From positions 615,622-647,621 of the forward strand of contig CP113000.1 of the NCBI GenBank assembly GCA_026625185.1: a stretch of 32,000 bases of DNA, given 5' to 3'. The notes beneath the pieces were generated by a model, which saw only the letters and a program-made list of their open reading frames with translations, was not told the DNA's origin and searched no databases. The position numbers were made by a program, and so were the translations under genes. This DNA is from Thermodesulfobacteriota bacterium. GTDB taxonomy: Bacteria > Desulfobacterota > WTBG01 > JAGOGO01. Positions 1 through 8,176 of this stretch are shown piece by piece (positions within the stretch are counted from its first letter, which is position 1; each line of letters begins with the position of its first letter).

Positions 1-1
1 A

Positions 2-1468
2 AGCGTATTCATGCTGTTGGCCAACAAGCGGGTCGGCTATACGGTTGCCCATGTCGCCACCGACCTGCGTCTTGCGTTGCTTCGCGCGCTCCTTACCACC
101 CGCTGGGAATACTATCTTGGCCAACCGGTAGGCGCTCTTGCCAATTCATTCGCTACCGAAGCTTCGCGCGCGTCTCATGGGTATGAGTCGGGCGCTAAAA
201 TGGCGGCGCTTTGCATACAAGCCATAATCTATCTGATAATCGGCCTTTGCCTCTCCTGGAAAGCGATGCTCGCCTCCATGGCCGCCGGGGCGATTATTCT
301 TTTTGGATTAAGCCATTTCGTGCGAATGTCTCGGCGCGCCGGCCGCCGTCAAACATCACTGCTTCAGTCCTCGCTCGCACGTCTGACCGACAGCCTCCAA
401 TCAATAAAACCGCTCAAGGCCATGGCGCGTGAGGAGCTGGCCGATGCTGTGCTGGTTACCGAAACCAAGCTCCTGAACAAGGCTATGAAAAAAGATGTGT
501 TCAGCAAGGAGGCCCTGAAATCTTTTCAGGAGCCGATGGTTACCGGTTTACTGGGATTTGGAATTTTTGTGGCGCTTGAATTTTTGGCCTTACCGCTGGC
601 TTCCATAATGGGTTTGGTATTTGTAATCGCCAACATGGTGACCAAGCTGAACAAGGTGCAGCAGGAGTATCAGAAAATGGTCACTTTTGAAAGCGCCTAT
701 TGGTCATTGCAGGAAAAGATCAAGAATTGCGAGCATGAGCAGGAAGAGGTTTTAGGAACTGCCAAAGCATCGCTTGAGCGAAGCGTTTGCATGGATCACG
801 TCAGTTTCAAATATGGGAAGCATTGGGTATTGCAGGAAGCGTCCCTGGAATTGCCTGCCGGGTTTTTTACCGCTATTACCGGGTCATCAGGAACCGGAAA
901 AACCACGGTGGCTGACCTTCTGATCGGGCTGCTTCGGCCTCAGAAGGGGCAGATATTGATTGATGGTCAGCCCCTTTCCACGATAGACATTAAAAGCTGG
1001 CGGCGGATGATCGGTTATGTACCGCAGGAGACCCTGCTTTTGCACGATACCGTGATGAAAAACGTGACGCTCGGCGCTTCTGACTTAAGCGAAAAAGACG
1101 TTGAAAACGCCCTGATTGCGGCGGGCATTTGGGATTTCGTGGCAACCATGCCGCAAGGGATGCACACCACTGTTGGCGAGCGCGGAGGCAAACTCTCAGG
1201 CGGTCAGCGGCAGCGGATCGCCATCGCCCGGGCGCTTGTCCATAAGCCGTCGTTGCTGATTCTGGATGAAGCGACCAGCGGCCTGGATCCCGAAACCGAA
1301 AAGCGCATCTGCGACACCTTGCGAGGACTCCGGGGAAAACTTACGATTCTCGCTATTTCTCATCAACCTGCCCTGATAAATGCCGCTGACCGGGCTTACC
1401 ACATCAAGGATGAAAGGGCGGTTTTAACCGTAAACCCAACCGACATCGGGGCTGATTCGAAAGCATAG
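2..1468 (+). CDS. ABC exporter, fused transmembrane + ATP-binding protein (type-1 exporter, MsbA-like); 5' end cut by the window edge
   Basis: The frame is open from the window edge (codons at 2-10 have no stop), so the ATG at 11 is probably internal. The N-terminal half is hydrophobic. The C-terminal NBD has Walker A GSSGTGKTT, ABC signature LSGGQRQRIAIARAL, Walker B LLILDEATSGLD and H-loop ISHQ. Confidence 0.9.
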   Translation, partial: SVFMLLANKRVGYTVAHVATDLRLALLRALLTTRWEYYLGQPVGALANSFATEASRASHGYESGAKMAALCIQAIIYLIIGLCLSWKAMLASMAAGAIILFGLSHFVRMSRRAGRRQTSLLQSSLARLTDSLQSIKPLKAMAREELADAVLVTETKLLNKAMKKDVFSKEALKSFQEPMVTGLLGFGIFVALEFLALPLASIMGLVFVIANMVTKLNKVQQEYQKMVTFESAYWSLQEKIKNCEHEQEEVLGTAKASLERSVCMDHVSFKYGKHWVLQEASLELPAGFFTAITGSSGTGKTTVADLLIGLLRPQKGQILIDGQPLSTIDIKSWRRMIGYVPQETLLLHDTVMKNVTLGASDLSEKDVENALIAAGIWDFVATMPQGMHTTVGERGGKLSGGQRQRIAIARALVHKPSLLILDEATSGLDPETEKRICDTLRGLRGKLTILAISHQPALINAADRAYHIKDERAVLTVNPTDIGADSKA

Positions 1469-1681
1469 TGGTTCGGCGCAGAGCTTACGGATTTGACGCA
1501 GGCAACGTAAGGGAGTATCTTAATTAAAGAAAGTAATACCGAAGTTTGAGAAACGTTTGTAGGTGTCGGGTAAGTAAACCTTATTTCTCTGTATACAATA
1601 AAATACTCAGGTGTAGAATGCTTAAGTGGAGATTGGGGCTTTTGATTTTTTTAGATTTTTTTTGTTTGGTAGAGTTGGACA

Positions 1682-2623
1682 ATGATTCCAAAAAGGTTAA
1701 AGGCTGCCGTTGTTATTATTTTAATAATTTCTTTGTTTGGCGGCTGTGCAAGGTTTGAGCAGAAGCTTTTTGATTGGGGCCTGTGCTTCGAGCGGCAAAG
1801 GTCCGATTTGGTTTCTCGAACCATTCACGTGGATGGGCAAAACATTGCCTATTTAGAGCGACCGGGGGAAGGCCAAACTATTGTCCTGCTGCACGGATTC
1901 GGGGCCAATAAAGATACCTGGATTCGTTTTGTTCGTTATCTGCCCAAAAAATTCCGGATACTCGCCATTGATATGCCGGGTCATGGAGACAACAGCCGGA
2001 ATATGGATGTGTCCTATGACGCGCAACATTTGACGGACGTTTTTTCAAGAACGGTTGAATATTTAGGTCTGCAACGTTTTCACCTGGCGGGCCATTCCTT
2101 TGGCGGGTATGTGGCTATGCGTTATGCCGTCAATCACCCGCAGAAGCTGATTACTTTAGGTTTATTCGCTTCCGCGGGTGTTATGTCGCCCACGCCCACT
2201 GATTTTCAACAGGCATTGGGAAAAGGTGAGAATCCGATCCAGATCAACTCGGAAAAAAGCTTCGACCGTATGATGGACCTTGTTTTTTACAAAAAACCTT
2301 TTGCGCCCTGGCCGATGCGTCCGGTCATTCGGCGGCAATGTATCGAACGGCATGAGTTCGAAAAAAAAGTGTGGCACGACATTGGTAAAGATTGGAAAGA
2401 AGCGACTGAGTTCCTGCCTCAGATTCGGACCCCGGTCTTCCTTATCTGGGGGGATAAAGACCGCATTCTGCATATATCTGGCGTGAATGTTTACTGCCAC
2501 TATTTGCCGCAGGCTGAAACCGCAATTATTAAAAATTGCGGCCACGGATTGATTTTTGAAAAGCCGAGGGAAGCGGCGGATGCTTATGCTAATTTTTTGG
2601 AAAACGTGAAAACCAGAGAATAG
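1682..2623 (+). CDS. alpha/beta-fold hydrolase, probable lipoprotein
   Basis: HGFGANKDTW oxyanion-region motif, nucleophile elbow GHSFGG, and a C-terminal NCGHGLIFEKP His region. The N-terminus MIPKRLKAAVVIILIISLFGGC looks like a signal peptide ending in a lipobox-like LFGGC. Confidence 0.85.
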   Translation: MIPKRLKAAVVIILIISLFGGCARFEQKLFDWGLCFERQRSDLVSRTIHVDGQNIAYLERPGEGQTIVLLHGFGANKDTWIRFVRYLPKKFRILAIDMPGHGDNSRNMDVSYDAQHLTDVFSRTVEYLGLQRFHLAGHSFGGYVAMRYAVNHPQKLITLGLFASAGVMSPTPTDFQQALGKGENPIQINSEKSFDRMMDLVFYKKPFAPWPMRPVIRRQCIERHEFEKKVWHDIGKDWKEATEFLPQIRTPVFLIWGDKDRILHISGVNVYCHYLPQAETAIIKNCGHGLIFEKPREAADAYANFLENVKTRE

Positions 2624-2700
2624 GAATAGAGAAAAAACACTTAGGATTTTAATATGTTGGTTGAACGTTGGAGAACTAACAGCGGGAATTCCCTTGCCAA

Positions 2701-3765
2701 ATGAAAAATAACTCAGAGAGCCGTTTTTACGAGGTCCATTTTGCGGGCCCTGATATGCCGGCATTCCGGTTGCGCAACTTGCTGGCAGAAAGGATCGCCG
2801 CGGTTCCTTCCGGCGGAGCTATTGATTGGGTGACCTATTATTTTCGCGATCGACGGCTGGCCGAGGATTTGCTTAGAGCACACCGCCGCGGCGTTAAAGT
2901 CACGGTGACAATTGAAAAATACCCGCGAACATCACAAGCCAATGAGACCGTGACGGCGATGTTATCGGGGCGGAGTGGTCTGGGTTCGGGGTTTCGCAGC
3001 CTGTCCCCACCTAACAAATTAATTCCCTTTGGGAAAGAGAAGAAACCGCGGCTGCACGAAAAGCTCTATTGCTTTTCACACCCGAGGCCAACGGCTTTTA
3101 TCGGCTCCTTTAATCCCTCCGGAGATGGCATTGCGGACGATCCTGCTATCATCGGTGAAATCGGCGATCAAGACCGGGGCCACAATTTTCTGGTCGGGCT
3201 TACCGACCCCTTGCTGTTTGGGCGGCTGGTCGAGCACGCCCGGTTGATCCACCGAGCGCAATTTATCCGGTTGTACCGTTTTTCGAAAAACGCAAACCAG
3301 GCAGTGAGGGCAAAAGACACGGTAATCCATTTTGGGCCGCGGGTGCTGCCAAATCCGGTGTTAAAGTTTCTCTCCCGGCTCGGAACGAAAGCGCGGATAC
3401 GCATTGCCGCTTCGCACATTAATGGAAAATTCGTCGTCAAAGCCATAACGGGACTTGCTTACCGGGGTGCAGCCGTGGAAATCCTGGCTGAACCGACCCT
3501 GAGACGGGTTCCGGTGGAAGTTGAGGAGATACTGGCTCAGGCGGGAATCTCGTTTCGGCGGGTCACCCATCCGGAAGGTCTCCCGATGCACAACAAGTTC
3601 GCGCTGGTGGAGAAAAGCAGTGAGCGGTGGGTTATGTTCGGCAGCTTTAACTGGACAGACCGCTCGTGTCGGTTCAATCATGAAATTAGCTCTATTTCCT
3701 CCGATGTTCAACTGTTTGACACATTCGCCGAACGCTGGGAGGCCTTGGCGACACAGCGAGATTAA
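2701..3765 (+). CDS. phospholipase D superfamily protein with two HKD motifs (cardiolipin synthase / PLD-nuclease-like), no obvious TM segment
   Basis: First HKD: LHEKLYCF...IGSFNPS (His codon 3055-3057). Second HKD: MHNKFALVE...FGSFNWT (His codon 3589-3591). Two HxK(x)4D...GSxN halves in one chain are the PLD-superfamily signature. Confidence 0.8.
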   Translation: MKNNSESRFYEVHFAGPDMPAFRLRNLLAERIAAVPSGGAIDWVTYYFRDRRLAEDLLRAHRRGVKVTVTIEKYPRTSQANETVTAMLSGRSGLGSGFRSLSPPNKLIPFGKEKKPRLHEKLYCFSHPRPTAFIGSFNPSGDGIADDPAIIGEIGDQDRGHNFLVGLTDPLLFGRLVEHARLIHRAQFIRLYRFSKNANQAVRAKDTVIHFGPRVLPNPVLKFLSRLGTKARIRIAASHINGKFVVKAITGLAYRGAAVEILAEPTLRRVPVEVEEILAQAGISFRRVTHPEGLPMHNKFALVEKSSERWVMFGSFNWTDRSCRFNHEISSISSDVQLFDTFAERWEALATQRD

Positions 3766-3818
3766 ATCGCCGGTTTAGCCCTACCTCGTATCGGTATCAA
3801 AGAAAAGGAGAAACGTTC

Positions 3819-4922
3819 GTGCACAAGGTAATCATCTATGGCGCTGGTTCTATCGGCAATCACCTGGCTCATGCCTGCCGCAACAAGGGGTGGGATGTTC
3901 TCATGACCGATCTTGATCCTAAGGCTCTCCAACGAACACGCGAGGATATTTATCCCTCCCGATATGGGAAATGGGATCCGGGCATACAGCTAAGAGGGAT
4001 GGACGCGCTCCCCAATGAACATTTTGACGTTGTCATCATCGGCACCCCCCCCGATACCCACGTGAGTCTGGCCATCCAGGTGTTAGAAAACAGCTCGCCC
4101 GAAGTATTGCTTATTGAAAAACCCCTGTGTAACCCTTCTCTCGAGGGTGTTCAAAAGATCGTGGATCTTCAGAAAGCCACCGGATCGTTTGTTGCCGTCG
4201 GCTATAATCACACCCTGACCGAAAATTCCAGGCGTTCGGCCCGGATTTTTGCAAATAATACGATTGGTGATCCGATCACCATCAGCGCGCGGTTTCGAGA
4301 GCACTGGGGCGGAATATTTGGCGCCCATCCATGGCTCAGCGGCCCCAGGGACACGTACCTGGGATTTTTTGAACGGGGGGGCGGCGCCAGCGGGGAGCAC
4401 TCTCACGCCATAAACATCTGGCAGCATTTTGCCCGTCTTGTTGGTGCGGGACGGATCGTTGAAGTATCAGCCACTATGGACATGGTGGATGATGGCGTGG
4501 TAAAATATGACCGAATTTGTCTTATTAATGTCAAGACTGAGTTCGGTCTGGTGGGAGACATCGTCCAGGATGTGGTCACCGAGCCAGCGCAGAAGGCAGC
4601 GCGAATACAAGGGACGAAAGGCTTTCTTGAATGGTTTGTGAATTATAAAAGCGGCCATGATGCCCTTCGCTATTGGGACGGGAAGGGTGAAGTGCGACAA
4701 GAACTGATTAAAAAAACACGTCCTGACGACTTTAAGGGGGAGATTGATCACGTGGAGCAAATACTTAACGGAGGAGATCGAGCGGGCTCGCCCATATCGA
4801 TTGAACGAGGGCTGGAGACCATGCTGGTAATTGCGGCCGCGCATTTGTCTTGCCGGAACAAGAGGGCGATGAGAATAAACTTTGATCGGGGATATACACC
4901 CGAAGCCGTCGAATTACTCTAA
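3819..4922 (+). CDS. NAD(P)-dependent oxidoreductase, Gfo/Idh/MocA-like Rossmann protein
   Basis: GTG start 7 nt after the AAGGAG-type RBS (aaaaggagaaacgttcGTG). N-terminal IIYGAGSIGNH dinucleotide-binding loop and VVIIGTPPDTH, which is typical of the family. It lies 19 nt upstream of the NeuB-like gene. Confidence 0.7.
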   Translation: MHKVIIYGAGSIGNHLAHACRNKGWDVLMTDLDPKALQRTREDIYPSRYGKWDPGIQLRGMDALPNEHFDVVIIGTPPDTHVSLAIQVLENSSPEVLLIEKPLCNPSLEGVQKIVDLQKATGSFVAVGYNHTLTENSRRSARIFANNTIGDPITISARFREHWGGIFGAHPWLSGPRDTYLGFFERGGGASGEHSHAINIWQHFARLVGAGRIVEVSATMDMVDDGVVKYDRICLINVKTEFGLVGDIVQDVVTEPAQKAARIQGTKGFLEWFVNYKSGHDALRYWDGKGEVRQELIKKTRPDDFKGEIDHVEQILNGGDRAGSPISIERGLETMLVIAAAHLSCRNKRAMRINFDRGYTPEAVELL

Positions 4923-4941
4923 CAAGACGAGGTAAATTTCC

Positions 4942-6465
4942 ATGAATCGTTTTGATTTCAACGGGGTTTTTACGTATGACCTGGCCAACAACCACCAGGG
5001 CGACCTGGAGCATGCGCTCAATATTATTAATGCCGTGGGTGAGGTGAACAGACAGGCCGCCGTTCGTGGCGCGCTCAAGTTCCAATTCAGGCAATTGGAC
5101 ACCTTTATTCACCCTGATTACAAGCAAAGAAAAGACGTAAAACATATTCCAAGATTCATGGAAACGGCCTTGACCAAGCAGCAGTATGCGACGCTCACCA
5201 AAGCGGTCATCAAAAACGGCATGCACACCATGGCCACTCCCTTCGATGAAGAATCAGTGGACCTCATTCTGAATTTGGATATCGAGATCATCAAAGTAGC
5301 CAGTTGCTCAGCCACTGACCGGCCACTCCTCGAACGGATCACCCAGGTGAACAAACCGGTAATTGTCTCAACTGCAGGGTTGAGTTTGGACAAGATCGAC
5401 CGACTGGTGAGTTTTCTTGAATCAAAAAACATGCAGTTCGCTTTGATGCACTGTGTGGCCATCTATCCCACCCCCAACGACAAATTGGGATTGAATCAGA
5501 TCAATGTGCTGAAAGAAAGGTTCCCTCATGTGCCCATCGGGTTCTCCACTCATGAAGAGCCGGATAACTATTCCTCCATCCAAATCGCATATGCAAAAGG
5601 GGCGACGCTGTTTGAAAGGCACGTAGGCATGGAAACAGAAAAACATCAATTGAACAGTTATTCCTCCAGACCTGAGCAAATAGCCCGATGGATTGATGCG
5701 TACAAGCAGGCCGTGGCAGCCTGTGGTGGAGAACATCGCATTCCTGCCTCCCCTGATGAGATCGCCTCTTTACGTTCACTCATGCGAGGGGTATTCGTAA
5801 GAGCGCAGATCAAGAAAGGCGATAAACTGAACAGGGACAAAGTATATTTTGCGATGCCCCTGCATGACCGGCAACTCCCAAGTGGTGACTGGTTTGACGG
5901 GATCGCAGCCGACCGGGACTATGCACCAAACGAGCCCGTCAATGAGGCGGTGGCAAACCTCCCATTGCCGGCGGAAGAGATCATTTACCATATTTTACTT
6001 CAGGTGAAGGGCATGCTGAACAATGCGAGGATACATATCGGCAAAGAGACTTCCGTTGAGTTGTCCCACCATTATGGTCTTGAGCGATTCAGAGAGTTTG
6101 GGGCGGTCATCATGAACTGCATCAACCGGAAGTACTGCAAGAAGTTGGTCATCCAGCTTCCACGGCAGAAGCATCCGTATCATTTTCACAAGCGCAAAGA
6201 GGAAACCTTCCAGTTGTTGTACGGGGATTTGGAGGTAGAACTGGACGGAAAGAGGATCAAGCCACAGGTAGGGGATACCATTCTGGTGAGGCCGGGTGAA
6301 TGGCACAAATTTCATACCCTTGACGGGGCAATTTTTGAGGAAGTGAGCACCACCCACTTTGATAATGACTCGTTCTACGAGGATGAGCGGATAGCAAGGC
6401 TCGCCAGGGAAGCGAGAAAAACCGTCATCACTGTTTGGAAGGTAATCGAAAAGAAAACCATTTGA
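4942..6465 (+). CDS. NeuB-family nonulosonic (sialic-acid-like) acid synthase fused to a C-terminal cupin domain
   Basis: NeuB-like blocks ANNHQGDLEHA, LKFQ, IIKVASCSATD, HCVAIYPTP and GFSTHE. An SAF-like segment (VFVRAQIKKGDKLNRDKVYF) follows. An extra ~130 aa carries a cupin pattern: HPYHFHKRKEETFQLLYGDLEVEL...GEWHKFHT (from about 6170). Confidence 0.8.
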   Translation: MNRFDFNGVFTYDLANNHQGDLEHALNIINAVGEVNRQAAVRGALKFQFRQLDTFIHPDYKQRKDVKHIPRFMETALTKQQYATLTKAVIKNGMHTMATPFDEESVDLILNLDIEIIKVASCSATDRPLLERITQVNKPVIVSTAGLSLDKIDRLVSFLESKNMQFALMHCVAIYPTPNDKLGLNQINVLKERFPHVPIGFSTHEEPDNYSSIQIAYAKGATLFERHVGMETEKHQLNSYSSRPEQIARWIDAYKQAVAACGGEHRIPASPDEIASLRSLMRGVFVRAQIKKGDKLNRDKVYFAMPLHDRQLPSGDWFDGIAADRDYAPNEPVNEAVANLPLPAEEIIYHILLQVKGMLNNARIHIGKETSVELSHHYGLERFREFGAVIMNCINRKYCKKLVIQLPRQKHPYHFHKRKEETFQLLYGDLEVELDGKRIKPQVGDTILVRPGEWHKFHTLDGAIFEEVSTTHFDNDSFYEDERIARLAREARKTVITVWKVIEKKTI

Positions 6466-6550
6466 GCTGTTTATGCCGCAATTTCTTTAAATGCCAAATA
6501 CCTTTAAATAAAAGAGAGGTTATTACCACAGAATATCTTCTCCGTCGATT

Positions 6551-7666
6551 ATGAAATGGAATATTTCAAAGCGAGCCCACGGACGAATTGTCGCGCATGA
6601 TGTTGCCGAAAACCTCGCTACACTTGCGGCTATCGAGGCTCGTCTTGATGCTGTCAGCCGTAACAATACTCAAGGCACCGCTTTCAGAATAATCGGCAAT
6701 TGGCTTATCCGTGAAAAGATATTATGGGATTATCTTCGACACCGCTCTCCTCAAAAAATATGTGGGGTCCCCAATTTTATTCCGAGTTTTCCAGTTCGCA
6801 ACGCAATAAAGGCGCTCTATTATCTAGTTTTTGGTACCCGCATACGTGCGGATCTATCCGCCAGCGCTGTAATTTTTAAATCCAACATGCGCTCTTTTTA
6901 TTTTCAGCAGAAGATGACCCTTTGGGTCGCCAGGCAGCAGCGGTCAACGGAAAAGCTTGATGAATCAATGACTGCCCGAAATCGATTCGCCCAGATCTCC
7001 GGGTTTCTACAACCTCAGGTCATTGAGCAAGACACCGCTGCTAAGCCGCCGTTCATATTTGAAGAACTTGCCTGTGGCCGTCGTTTAGGCGAAACAAATG
7101 ATTGGAAAGTGTTTCCGGATCAAGTATTGCCCTTATTGTTTCGGTTTTATGACCATGGTTCTATTCGCCATCGCCGAGCAGCCGACGTTTACAACACGGA
7201 TTGGATAAGCAGTAAAATTGCCGGCCTGATTTCCGAACTTAAGTGGAAAAAAAAATGGGCACCTTTGCCACGATTTCTTAAAGCCACTGAGGAATGTCTG
7301 TCCCTGAGGGATGAAACAATACCCCTGTGCATTGGTCACGGTGATCTGGCGAAAAATAATTTTGTCGTTTCTGAGAATGGCAATTTCGCTCTTTTGGACT
7401 GGGAAGTATCTCGAGAGTTACCTATGGCTAGGGAATTGATTAAGCTCGTTTTCCAACATCCTTCCCTATTGTATTGCCTGGAGCCGGAGATCCGGAGCAG
7501 GACGGAGGACCCAATAGCTATGCCCCCGAGACGTCAGTTCCTGTGTGCAGCGCTCGACACAATTGCAGGCTTTGAGAATTTTCAGGCCGGAAGACCACCG
7601 GGGACAAAGAAAATAAAACAGTGGTTTGGCCTGGCATCTATGCTTATTGCCGGGCCTGACTGGTAA
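6551..7666 (+). CDS. aminoglycoside-phosphotransferase / choline-kinase-fold kinase (substrate unknown)
   Basis: Brenner-type catalytic motif GHGDLAKNNFVV (His codon 7337-7339) followed by ALLDWEVS, as in the APH/ChoK family. The N-terminal ~250 aa has nothing I recognise. Confidence 0.6.
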   Translation: MKWNISKRAHGRIVAHDVAENLATLAAIEARLDAVSRNNTQGTAFRIIGNWLIREKILWDYLRHRSPQKICGVPNFIPSFPVRNAIKALYYLVFGTRIRADLSASAVIFKSNMRSFYFQQKMTLWVARQQRSTEKLDESMTARNRFAQISGFLQPQVIEQDTAAKPPFIFEELACGRRLGETNDWKVFPDQVLPLLFRFYDHGSIRHRRAADVYNTDWISSKIAGLISELKWKKKWAPLPRFLKATEECLSLRDETIPLCIGHGDLAKNNFVVSENGNFALLDWEVSRELPMARELIKLVFQHPSLLYCLEPEIRSRTEDPIAMPPRRQFLCAALDTIAGFENFQAGRPPGTKKIKQWFGLASMLIAGPDW

Positions 7667-7703
7667 ACCATTCCGGTAAACATAGCCGGAGATTAGTGAA
7701 AAG

Positions 7704-7853
7704 ATGGATAAAAATCAAGCCATGCACATTGCACTCTTTATTCGTTCATTTAGCGGCAGCGGCGATGCCCGTTTTATGGTCAATATGGTCCGTGTTCTGT
7801 CGGACAAAGGGCATTGCGTTGACCTGGTTAGGGGACGTAAAAAGGGGTATTAA
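7704..7853 (+). pseudogene. N-terminal stub (49 codons) of a GT4/GT-B-type glycosyltransferase
   Basis: Frame beginning at ATG 7704 reads MDKNQAMHIALFIRSFSGSGDARFMVNMVRVLSDKGHCVDLVRGRKKGY*. This is the classic first beta-strand / Gly-rich loop / helix ending in GH-x-V of GT4 enzymes, but it stops after 49 aa. No continuation appears in any frame. Confidence 0.45.
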
Positions 7854-7909
7854 CTGGATGAAATCTCTGCCTGGCTAAGGATATACACTCTTTTAGTCAT
7901 GATTCGCCT

Positions 7910-8050
7910 TTAGCCAGTTAAAAACATCAGGCAATGAAAACGGACATATTTCCCAACAATCTTAATATGAGGGATAGGCTTATCTCGTGTTCGGTCATAG
8001 ATCCAGCTTTTGGGGGTATGCAGATAGGTAGTCAGTTCATCTATAGTCAT
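7910..8050 (-). CDS. excisionase/AlpA-like helix-turn-helix mini-protein (46 aa), possibly frameshifted at its 3' end
   Basis: The minus strand reads MTIDELTTYLHTPKSWIYDRTRDKPIPHIKIVGKYVRFHCLMFLTG*. The pattern (L/M)TIDE-x3-YL-x6-IY-x10-K-x-G-x3-RF matches phage excisionase-type HTH proteins. It is too short for the supplied ORF track. Confidence 0.45.
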   Translation of the reverse strand: MTIDELTTYLHTPKSWIYDRTRDKPIPHIKIVGKYVRFHCLMFLTG

Positions 8051-8176
8051 CAAAGAATATGCGTCATTTCTTTGCTCGCTGATTTTTTCTAATGCTTTCT
8101 CAGCTATTGTTTTGGGTATTTCGTCAATTATAGTTTGAAGTATCTGATTATCTATTTATTAAAATATTACCATTAA

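Noticed and set aside
1546-1758. 70-aa ORF upstream of and overlapping the hydrolase start
   Set aside because: It is Cys/Arg/Phe-rich low-complexity translation of an AT/T-rich promoter region, and it overlaps the better-supported hydrolase signal peptide.
2162-2764. 200-aa minus-strand ORF antisense to the alpha/beta hydrolase gene. The same applies to the other nested or antisense track ORFs, e.g. 4765-5226, 5118-5462, 12527-12916, 14318-14710, 22136-22696, 22753-23304 and 27015-27479.
   Set aside because: Each lies fully inside, or mostly opposite, a gene with clear family motifs. They lack motifs and RBSs and have skewed composition typical of antisense frames.
7696-7878. Track ORF of 60 aa (MKRWIKIKPCTLHSLF...)
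   Set aside because: The overlapping frame starting at 7704 gives a textbook GT4 N-terminus, so the region is better explained as a glycosyltransferase stub. The 60-aa frame has no recognisable features.
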